64,000 nucleotides of DNA, taken from assembly GCA_002633005.1 (NCBI GenBank), contig NMRA01000207.1, positions 117,408 through 181,407 of the forward strand, written 5' to 3'. Shown here in pieces: positions 11,901-22,900 of the stretch; the first letter of the stretch is position 1; each line of letters opens with the position of its first letter. Position numbers and translations under genes: made by a program. This DNA comes from Phoronis australis. Taxonomy: Eukaryota; Animalia; Phoronida. The notes under the pieces were generated by a model. The model was given only the letters and a program-made list of their open reading frames with translations, made no database searches and was not told the origin of the DNA.

Positions 11901-14577
11901 CCCTTTAGCATTCATAGCGGCTGCAGACGGCCGCGGAAAAATCGGCTTCACATGTTCGCAACGACCATAGACGGCCCTAATAAACTATGTCAGAGACTAT
12001 CCATAGAAACGGCAAATCTCGCTTAGTTATCGCGAGAAACACAGTAAATGACCTAGAAACTCCAGATCAACCATTAGCATTGTTAGTTACAAGTTATAGC
12101 GAGATTTGTCAGAGTTTTTACGATTTTTTTGCGTCCAAAGATTTTCAATCGAACTTCCTGTTTCGGCGAAATGGACAAAAGTGATAGCGACTCAGATTTC
12201 GATGGTTTTACCGTGGCTGAAATCCAAGAAGCTACTCAGAGACCTGCTGGAAGAAGTGGGGATATTAACGAATCCGACATCGATGTTTCGGACGTGAGCA
12301 GCGACGAAAGTTCGGCCGTCGATCCTGACTCCGAGGACGAGGACTTGAACGCTTTGAACGCAAATGGAGTGATACGTTGGCAAACTTTATTTTGCCAAGT
12401 TTTACGGAAGTTTCTGGACCAAAACACACATTGCCTGCTGATGCCAAGCCTTTGGACTACATAAGTTTGTTTTTGCCTCCTGCGTTTTTCGAGAGTGTTG
12501 CCCAAGAAACGAACTGGTACGCAGATCAGCAACAAGCCGTGAACGGTCCTGACTCAATATGGCGACCAACCAGTGCAGATGAAATACGTGCGTTTTTTGG
12601 TATAAACATTTTGATGGGCATAAAACAGTTGCCAAGGTTATGGTGTTACTGGAGCACATACCCGAAGTTTGCAAACCCATATATTAGCTCAGTAATGCCC
12701 AAAGCAAGATTTTTGAAACTCAGCCAGTATCTACACATCCGAGATACTTCCAACACCCCTGGGCGTGATGACCCTGCATACGATCCACTTTATAAGGTAA
12801 GACCAATGTTGGACATGGTTGGAATAGCATTTTTAGCAAATTACTACCCTGAGCAACAGCTCAGTATTGATGAAGCTATGATTGGTTTCAAAGGACGATT
12901 GTTCTTTAGACAATATATGCCTGCTATGCCCACAAAGTGGGGTATCAAGGTGTGGGAGTGTTGCGAAAGTACGTCTGGGTATTGCTGCAACTTTTCCGTC
13001 TACACTGTTAGAAAACGCGACGGTCAGAGACAACATGGTCTGGGATACGATGTTATATGGGACTTGTCATCTCCGTATCGCAACAAGCATCACCATTTGT
13101 ATTTTGACCGCTTCTTTTCGTCGGTAATCTTGGCCGAACACTTGAAGCTGGTAGATACGTATTGTTGCTCAACAATAATGGCCAATCGCAAAGGCCTACC
13201 AGACAAGGTAAAGAAAACAAAACTAAAGAAAGTGGGTGATATCCTCCAGCAACAGAAAGGCGAGATGGTTGCTACAAGCTAAAGGACAAGCGTCAACTTA
13301 CCTTCCTGTCTTCTATTCACAGTCCTTTCGTTGGTGAAGGTGAACCAACGGTCAACCTTCAGTACAATGCATACATGGGTGGTGTTGACAAGTCAGATCA
13401 GTTGAGATCGTATTACCCAGTGGGGAGGGAAAGTAAAAAATGGTGGCGGTACATTTTATGGTTTATTGTAAATTTATCTCTTGTGAATGCTCATATTCTG
13501 TACGTGAAAAGTTTTCACATTCCACCAGTGAAGGACACGTATGATGCTTTACGATTTAGGATGGATGTTGTGGAACAATTAGTGAATGGTTTTTGCTCTC
13601 GACAGCGTAAGGCTGGTCAAAAGAGCACTCAGATAGACAGGCCAGTTCATGGCGAAAGCATTGGCCATCATCAACTAGTCAAAATTGACGGAAGAAAACG
13701 GACCTGCAAAGAATGTTCTAATGCCCAACGAAGGACACCAGCCGGTCGTCGTGTCAAAACGTCTTTCAAATGTTCATTTTGTGATGTAGCTCTTTGTAGA
13801 GTGGGATGTTTTTTAACATTTCATGAAAGGAATTTAGTAACCACATAGTTTGTGAAGAGAAATTAATTCTGATGCACTGAAAATTCGTTTCAATGAAGTT
13901 GTCGTTGCATTGATGATGTTTGATTATGACTATGCACACATAAAAGTTTTTACATTAACTGTTTGCTAAATTTCAACATATATTTATTCACACTTGTATA
14001 GTCTAAAAAGAAATGTTTTGTAGTTCTACATAATAGCTAGCAACAAGAGGAATGAGCATGACTAAGGGTTAACTGTTGACTTAAATTTTCATTCGACTGA
14101 AAAGTGCATGCTATATTGTGTGATGGTGCAGTTCATGTAATATGTTTTTGCAGTATTAAAGTATCATTAAAGTGCATGCTATATTGTGTGATGGTGCAGT
14201 TCATGTATTAAAGTATCATTAATTTGACATATTAGTCTTTTTTCATGTGACTACTGCCATTTCTGATAAAAAATCAAACTACAACAAAGTTTTTGCAAGG
14301 TTTTATTGCCTGTAATTCGAATTTCTTTAAAAATTTGTTCTTTCCCAGAATTTACCTGAAGCCTACCTGACGTTTGGGAGTGCCAAGTCGTTTTTTTTTT
14401 TGCTTACCTGATAAAGCTGTTCTTCATTAATACTTGCTGAAATTTTGAAGAGCCTGTCTGCAATACTTTGAAAGATATTAGCATTTTAGTAAGTGTGAGT
14501 GATTTCAGCACACAAACCTAGAATTAATGTGAATGCATAAGTAGGTCATCCAGTCTGGGAATGTGAATGCTATAGGG
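11901..14577 (+). mobile_element. piggyBac DNA transposon
   Basis: TTAA TSD at 11897-11900 and 14578-14581; TIR ccctttagcattca / tgaatgctataggg (1 mismatch); empty site gggcTTAAata in copies 1 and 2. Confidence 0.97.
12171..13848 (+). pseudogene. piggyBac (PGBD4-like, DDE_Tnp_1_7) transposase with two frameshifts
   Basis: Acidic N-terminus MDKSDSDSDFDGF; SIDEAMI, PTKWGIK, YFDRFF, MGGVDKSDQ; C-terminal CKEC..CSFCDVALC..CF..FH; frame changes near 12385 and 13281. Confidence 0.92.
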
Positions 14578-14919
14578 TTAAATAAAAATAAAGTTAACAA
14601 AAATTTTTGCTTTAATTTATCTCTTGACCATGCCATATCACTTTTGTATGGTACTTGTTTTGCACACGAACGAGATTGGTCTTGGTCTCAAGGCAGTGTT
14701 AGAGATACCACTTCCAGAAATGAGACTCCTTTTCTTTAAAACGGATGTATTTCAATCATTTTGTTCACTGAATTGTGCAATAAATAATGGCCTAGTAACA
14801 AATTCAATTTCAGGCCTACAAAAGTTGGGCCCCCTATATTAAAATAATTTTGACGCCGCAGATTGAATTTCTTGCTTAGAATAAGTCACCTGAAGTAATA
14901 AGCTGTTTTTGTATTCAAG

Positions 14920-15009
14920 ATTCAGTGCAAGCCTGGAGCAGTCTGCCTGTGTGTCTCCAATCGGCAACAGATGGCAGTATTAGTACAGTTGAACCCATCA
15001 AAGCAGCAG
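14920..15009 (+). CDS. TTC37: TTC37 90-nt exon, tandem copy 3
   Basis: Same splice sites and peptide as copy 2. Confidence 0.7.
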
Positions 15010-15594
15010 GTGGGTTAACTTCATAGTAGGCAGGAACTGTTAATTTTGCAGATTTGTAGAGCATTCAACTGACTACCTAGGATGACACAATCAGTCAAGC
15101 ACTACTTATTTCATGAATTAGTTTTGTTGAGTACGGCAGTTCTTCGCCTATTTAGCACGCAATATGGCGGACATGTGAAACTTTATTTTATCTAATTTCT
15201 GAGCTACACTAAACATTGAGAAAATTTTAGTTAGATGTTAGCTTAGTTGTGTTCACATGTCGTAAAACAACATTAAATTGAGTTTACAAAATTTAGATTA
15301 GCTTTAAAATAGAAAAATGACAATTTTAGCAACAGTTATATTTTTGAGTGAAATAAGCATTATTAATGAGAGTTGATGATGTAGACAAAGCTTGAAAATT
15401 TCACGTCTGATTAGTTTTAACTAATGAAATGAAAACCTTCAACATGACGATTACGTAACAATGTGTGCCTAGTCCTCACATTCCAATGAGAAGAGAAGTT
15501 CCTGCATTTCTGTATTTAATGATGCTATGTCTCACTAAAACCATGAATTCATTATGGCCTTTTCCCCTTGCTCCCAACATGTTCGATTCTATAG

Positions 15595-15644
15595 CCCAAC
15601 AAGTTGGGAAGATGACCCCCGTAGCCAATATCTTACACCACTGA
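15595..15644 (+). CDS. TTC37: Candidate TTC37 terminal coding exon (copy 3; sister copies start at 10480 and 11700)
   Basis: ccccttgctcccaacatgttcgattctatag| (A)QQVGKMTPVANILHH TGA in phase 1; AATAAA at 16171-16176 downstream; no homology support recognised. Confidence 0.4.
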
Positions 15645-17814
15645 TTAACTCCATTCTGGCATTTTTGGTTGGAGGGCCAGCTCTCTTTTGTTCAATAATT
15701 GCTCTAATCTCCAATAAGATCATTTGTAGCCTGACTGGGCTGTGCTGTTAAAAATGGAAGTTAACTTATAAAACATTTGAACATAAACCAATAGCATTTC
15801 TTAATTCCTCGCCAAATGCTGATTAAGTTTAGTTTTTCAATTGCCAAACTTTCCTGACTACAACCGAAGTTACGACAATCTATTCTTTCCGAATGTACCA
15901 GTTCGCTACGGGTTTGATTGTGTTCACATCACACCTGGTCTGTAATAAGCCTGGTAGATAATTGGCGTGCCTGTTGTCATAACAGACAAAATACTGTCCT
16001 TGGCAGTTAACAAAGGAGCTAGATGTTATCACACGCTCACAGCCCTCTACGTTTGGTGAAGTCACTGAATGGGAGAACGCCGTCATGATTTAAATTTGTA
16101 GCAAGCGCCACCTAGTGACTTCCTGGAGAACTGTGTGTACAAGTATAATCAGGAAACGAAACAATATGTAAATAAATTGTGGTTTTAAAGAATACAGCAC
16201 AACTGATACACTTAAAAACAAGTGTGAAAGCTTAAAAAACCCTTAGTTATTCCAAATATTATGCAATCGTTATTTGATACTGAAATAAACAAATAATAGA
16301 AACTGTGCCTTGTTCCATTAGGGTAACGATGAAATATCACCATACTCTTACATAAAAATAGTCTCGCAAAATGATACTTTCGCGAGATGGTAATGGTAAC
16401 TGGTTCTCAGATGGTTTGCGGCGCAGTGGAGGACCCTGGGTTGCCTGTAAATTAGTTCTTCATTTGCTTTCACACTTTAACGAAACTATGCATCTTCAAC
16501 TGGCTAAAAACACAAAATTCCACTCGCGCCTTTTACTCACATCAAATCAGTTTCATATTCTGTACTGCAATAGGATTCCACTTCCATTAGCTACTCAAGT
16601 CTCAGGCAGTGCGTTGGTATTCATGCACCTTTTTTTAATTCACAATTTTTGGGTTGGCCAACCTCAGTTAATCTTTTGAGCATTTTTTTGATTCAACCAT
16701 GGTATCGTTTTTGTTTATGACCGTAAGAAGTCTAGACCGATTTGATGACAGTAAAAATCCCTATTGGATTTGCATTTTTTAGCCAGTTTTACAGGGAAAA
16801 AGGCAGCTTTATTGTACTTATTTGTCGCCTTGTGGTTTGTCACTTTGCATCTGCCAATTATCTGATGATATTCGTTTGGATCGATTTTGTTCATCATTGC
16901 AACCTGTTTTCTGTTGTTTTTCAGCGAGTCTATCATCTTTTGGCAGTTGTTTGGAAAACAGAGGCATGAAAATGCGGGCTCAAAGCTTGGTGGTGTGACC
17001 AATTGACACCAGAGGTCACTATGTAGCAGCTCAATTTCATCAAAGTTATGGTGCAAGAAATGAAGAAAATCAGTCTACAGTGTGTGAAAATTGAGCAGAA
17101 AATTGTCAACATATTGCAAAACTGTGTATGAATGGACCTCAGATGGGAAACTTTCCTCTCGAAATGTTGACAATTTTCTTTCAGGACACATCATTCAAAT
17201 TTTAGTGAACTTGTATTGGGGAAAGTTGAGAAAAAAAATGAATCAAGGTCACCTCTGAAATTGACTGGTGAAAATCAATGTTAACTTTTAATACAGTTTT
17301 AGGTGTGTCTTTATAAAAACAGAACTGCATTTTTTAAAATTTTTATATTCAGGTATTAACATTTCGCACAGTGGGGTTAAAAATATACAAACATATAATG
17401 ACTGATTTAAAGCTACAGATTGCACATATACTCCCCATAACTTTACACAAAACTTTTCACATCCTATTTATTATACAGAACTCTTCGGATGACAAGTTGG
17501 CTTTATCGCCACCATCCAATTTTAAGTCAAAATCATCATGCAAATTAAAGCATAGCACTTCTAAATGCTTGCAAAATTTGGACCAATATACTTGAATGTA
17601 AATTAAAAACTAATAATTTTTATAAACTAATGTATGCTGGATCTAAGTTCAGACATTGAGCTCTCCATTCTTTATCAATCTGTCCCTGAACAAACCAAGG
17701 CTTGAGGAACGTATCCTAGCTGCTGGGGTAACAATTTTTTTCAGGGCAAACAAATGATAAAAACCTAACATTCATTTCTCAATACACTGAAATAACTTGT
17801 CACCCACCATTCTT

Positions 17815-17918
17815 ATCAAACGGAACATTACCCATCATAACTTAGGTATACGTACTGTCCAGTCATCAAACAGAACATTACCCATCATAACTTAGGTATA
17901 GTACTGTCCAGTCATCAA
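17815..17918. repeat. ~50-bp direct duplication
   Basis: gaacattacccatcataacttaggtata(c)gtactgtccagtcatcaaa x2. Confidence 0.9.
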
Positions 17919-18990
17919 AATATCAAAAGGTCCAATTGATTAATACAAAATAACGCATTCAAATGATTGTAACTGGTGCTTTCAAGGTTAATAAGAAACA
18001 ATTTTTAGACCGAAGTAGCTGCAAACACCAGTCACCACTGCCTGTAAAATAACACTCCATGTTAACATATCGCAAAGCCTGTCACAAGTGACTGTAGCCA
18101 TGTCTAGGGAAGTTGTGCAATTCCAGTGTTACAGTTCACCAGTCTCTCCACATTTCTCTTCGAGATAATTCTTCCAGTACGGAGTACACTGGGCTGGAAA
18201 TCACAGCTTTGAACAACAGAGATGAACACGAAGTGCACCACTGTGATGTATGCAGGCTATGTGGATTGACTGGTACGGTACGTGCCAAAAGTATTCAGAC
18301 ATAGAGAGCTGGAATTCCCTGTCATGGTGGCTGGGCGGAAGCCAAATTCATTGTCTTAGTTGTCTCCCTTGATAACTGAGAATGAAGGGGAAGTAACAGG
18401 ATAGTATCATGGCTCTTGTTCTCTAATTACAATTTTGTCGCCATAATAGTCGTTACCAGTCATTTTTGTAATTAACAGAATTGGCCATCGTGGCAGGGCT
18501 ACCAACTATCTCCAGAAGCGTCTGCCTACCACATGTAAAGCAAATACAACACTCAAGACAGCAATGAGAACAGGTGACCTAAGTAAACTTTGACTAACAA
18601 ACCATTGCCTCGCTCTTCCATCAGACCCACAACGTACAGTAATATTGAAAATACCACCGCCATTTATTCGAGACTTGACATAAAAATTGACCAATCACAT
18701 CGCATTATTCAAAACAAAACATGCATTTGGTCAATTTTTTAATCTGGTCTCGAACTAAATTTGGCTGTCTCAATGGCCCAGGTGTGAAGGCAAGGCTATA
18801 AAGCTCAAAGATGTACCTCTAATATCCCCTGCAAGCTCTATATTCAATACTAACTGGACCTAGATTACGAACGACTCCTTGTATGACACATATTGGATGA
18901 AAGTCATATCCTACTTGACGAGTATACTATCGTAGAACATGACATCACTCATATCTATCAACAGTCAGAGTAAACTTCAACTATGTCAGT

Positions 18991-19061
18991 CCAAGGTCAT
19001 CTGAAATTGCCCAAGGTCAATCTGAAATTGCCCAAGGTCATCTGAAATTGCCCAAGGTCAA
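18991..19061. repeat. 20-21-bp tandem repeat, ~3.5 copies
   Basis: ccaaggtca(a)tctgaaattgc. Confidence 0.9.
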
Positions 19062-19810
19062 TGGAAAACTATGAAACCCACTACTCTAACAATTTGAGAC
19101 GACAAATTTGAGAAACACACTCATTTTCACCAATCTGGTGCCACTCATTCTTTCATCACTATCTTTTGAAATTTTATAATAAGATAAAACCATTTCCAGT
19201 AGTCATTAACTACAGGTTATTTGCTTTGCAATTTAGCCAGTTAGTAGATATGTTCTTTCAACCACTAGCGAGCACTGTTAAACAAACACAGAGCACCATC
19301 TCTTGAGACCTCTGTGTTGACACAGAAACCAATTTTTTGTACACTGCATTAATAGTACAAGATTGTATTACTGAGTGAGTGAAATCCAATAAATCCTCCT
19401 GGGGCTAGATATGTGGAGAAAAACTAGATTTATTCTTAGTTTGAAGATGGCAGAAACAATCGCTGTTACTGTGACACTGAGTAAAGGAGTGAAGGTAAAT
19501 TTGACAGAATACAAATGTTACTTAGGAGCGAAACATCAACTGTAAGCAGAAATATCAGGTGACTGGTTGAGCAAGGCAGGCTTTTCACTGAGCTTTGTAA
19601 ATATCACTAAGGGGAAAGGGAATACACCGGGGGCAATAAATGACCCAGGCTGGACTTTGACAGCTTAACTTCCCATTGTTGCTCCCAAATCAGCTACACA
19701 CCCCCTACAACAGTCCTGCGTCTACCCCTAAAAACAAACCGAAACAGAAGACTAGACAGACAGCTGAACACGACAACTACATTTCAGATGTCTCTACAGC
19801 ACAGAATACT

Positions 19811-19947
19811 TCATAGTTCTAATTCCCCGAACACTTTTCTACACCAGACAACAGAGGCGTTGGGAGGTCGGTCGTTGTGCTGGAGGCGTCCTATCTGTCT
19901 CGGGTTGAGGCGACGGAAGGCCAACTTGTACTCTCTGTCAAAAGCAT
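19811..19947 (-). CDS. DENND4: DENND4 last coding exon
   Basis: ttttag| (D)[13 protein letters not shown]...[23 protein letters not shown]. Confidence 0.93.
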
Positions 19948-22900
19948 CTAAAATTACAAAAGAAACAAACTTCACTACTTCACAAGTCTAAACCCCGAGA
20001 CCAGCAAACTATTCACGTCCTGATTTGACAACTGACTAATCGCATTGCCTGAAATTTGAAATTTTCTTCATCAAACAAGCCACTCAATTGCTTTTCGAGT
20101 TGAGTCTTGCATAAAATTTGGTGGTGTCAGACATAAGGTCTTCCCAACACATCAGCAACAACAAACAGACATTTAAAAATAAACAAAAACACGAATTCAA
20201 AGAAGATATACCTGAAATTACCGCACTATGCCAGAAGTACGGAACAGTAGCGGGGTCACTAGAATTGAATAAAAACTGACTTACCATGATCGATGTTTTC
20301 CCGACCACACGCAGCAAAGGACAGGTACAGTAGTTCACGGTATAGACTTCGGAATTTACGTGCCTTTCGCGACACTCGAAATCTACGCCTCTCGTTCATC
20401 ACAATTCTGATTGGTGAGTAGACGTCGTTGCATTGGATTGCAGTCACAATCTGATGCATGATGCTGCAACATAACATTAAGAATGACTTAGTCAAACAAA
20501 AATCACTTGAACACGGGGTTTCCCATGTCGGTTCATTTAAATTAAAATACAAGTTAATCAAGTGACCAAGCTACACATTGTTGCTATGGAGATGGTGTAC
20601 GTGCTCTAATAATGTTTAAAACCAAGCTCTGAATATCGTGAAAAATACCACTCTCTATTAAAAGTTTCAAATTTCTTTTAACAAGACAATCGCGAGTTCA
20701 TGAGCCAAGACAAACGAGCAATTTGGTTCAAATACAGAATGCATATCAGATGACATTGTCTTATTGCCAACCATTCAAAGTATTCAATTAATTACTTTAT
20801 TACACTATGGAGACTACTTTTTGTCCATTTTTGAAACCAAGCGACAATTCTGCAATAAACACAACAGGAAATCATCTTTAAATTTCCGTCCTGCTTGAAA
20901 CTCGAAAAGTCTTACATTTAAGACATTTAAAACTTTTTGAACAGATCTTTTGCAAAATGGTGGTGACTATTTGCCAGCTGCAGCCAAGGTCACGGAGCAG
21001 CGTAGATTTGGGGCTGGTGCGAAATTATACGATTACAACTAACAAGATGGTGTTTGACACACGTTTTCTGCTAAGAGGGAACGACACAAAGTGGATATTA
21101 AGTGATCTTAATATGCTGAAAACGTTCTAAAATGAACGGAAGGGTTACTTAGTATAAATGATGTCTTACCTTTTTGAGAATGTGTGAGTCTCCGTGATTA
21201 GAGCATTTACTGTAGGTGATGTAGGATCTGAAACAGTAAAAAAGCAATTACACAGCCGCTTAATGTATCTCCCCTTTACCACTCATCCTTATGACTAGAA
21301 TGGCGATGAAGTCAAAAGTACATTTCAAATGAAATTGATAAATCTCTTCTTGTCGGCAAATCAGATAAATATTTTGTCATAATTTTTGACTAATTGTCCA
21401 CTGAACTTGTGATTGCTATCACATGTCAGTAACAATCACCAAACACAGAAGACTGATGAAATTGCATCAGCTTTTGAAAAAAATTAACTTAAGCAAGAAC
21501 AACATGTCTTAATAACACTTAGGAACTCGAGCCAAAATTCACAATGATCTTGAAATGATGTCATACACAGGGTGACACAAAAATTGTACAAAAAGACTTC
21601 GAAATAGCAGTACCCGAAAAACATTACTGAAAACTAACGGACTGGTGATTTTTGAATTCCAGGAATTCCAAAGATTCTTTTGAAAGGCACAGAAGTTAAG
21701 GAAAATGCACAGCCTTTGATCTGCAAGATGGGCCTTTCATGTTTTACTGCTAATCTTTTTTCACATAACCCACAATTTTCATTTCACCCAACAATGGGTC
21801 TACTCACACCCCACCTATGGGTCTACTTACATCCCACCTATGGGTCTACTCACACCCCACCTATGGGTCTACCTACTCACACCCCACCTATGGGTCTACT
21901 CACATCCCACATATGGACAAACTCAAGCCCCATATTTGATTTGTTCACACCCCTCTATGGGTCTACTATAACCCCACCTATGGGCATATTCCCACCCAAT
22001 CCGTCGGATCTACTCACCCTCCCCCTTATGGGTCTACTCACACCCCACCTTTGGGTCCACTCACACCCCACCTATGAGTCTACTTGCACACCACCTATGG
22101 GTCTAATCACACCCTACCTATGGGTCTACTCGCACTCCACCTATGGGACTACTCACACACACCTATGGATCTACTCGCACTCCACCTATGGGTCCACTTC
22201 CACCACACCTATGTATGGGTCTACTCACTTGTGTTCCACAGAATATACATGGGCTGACCGATCTCCTCACTACTCCTCAGGTTGTCCCAGCAGACACGGA
22301 CAAGAACCCTCCGGGGGTCCGCCACCCGTGGCTCGGTACCCTCTGGCGCGGGATGCGGATTGGTTGACTTGGCAACCAGGATGTAGCCCGGCAGATGGGA
22401 AGGCACCTCGAATCTCTTGAAGTAGAGCACCTGCGCATGGAAACAAGATGGAAATGGTGTTAACTGTGCAGAATTAAACAGTGCATTCTCAGCACCTACC
22501 TATGTGGAAATACCACTTAAACAGTGCATTCTCAGTACCTACCTATGTGGAAATACCACTTAACAAAATCAATGCAAACAGTTTCAGACCACGATTAGAC
22601 TAGCTAAAAACACACAATTTGTCTATTAGATTAAAAGAAATTTGATTCACAACAATAATATAACAACCATCCAAGTACCATGTCGGGTTTTTGAAGTTCA
22701 TCAACATGAATATACAAGTCCTGTACACTCAACAAAACAAATCAAGCATTTACCAAGTTCCAGTAAATTATCGGATGATCATCTACAAATTCCGCCTCCA
22801 GAAGGCACTGGTCTCCTTCCTGTGTCAGAATGTTCTCAAGTTCCTTCCGCAGCACAAGAGGACTGAGGTACGGCACCTTGATTGGGTCGCCCTCTCTAGG

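Larger units (their letters stand above)
5722..15646 (+). repeat. Three-copy tandem array of a ~1.2-kb unit (about 5722-10528 with insertions, 10529-11749, 11750-15646 with piggyBac)
   Basis: Unit start (t)tttatggtacctttctgactggatg at ~5724, ~10530 and ~11751; unit end ...ccactgat; near-identical internal blocks (e.g. ORFs 7961, 10721, 14624). Confidence 0.95.

Noticed and set aside
7961-14842. Repeated ORFs ...HTNEIGLGLKAVLEIPLPEMR... (7961, 10721, 14624) as a small gene family
   Set aside because: They are intronic parts of the triplicated unit with variable starts and frames and no recognisable domain; recurrence is explained by the duplication.
15902-16998. Other possible TTC37 last exons (acceptors near 15902 and 16925)
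   Set aside because: Both give short phase-1 frames with no recognisable similarity; not supportable without cDNA.
21680-22420. 246-aa repetitive ORF
   Set aside because: Translation of the 23-bp minisatellite plus the antisense of a DENND4 exon.
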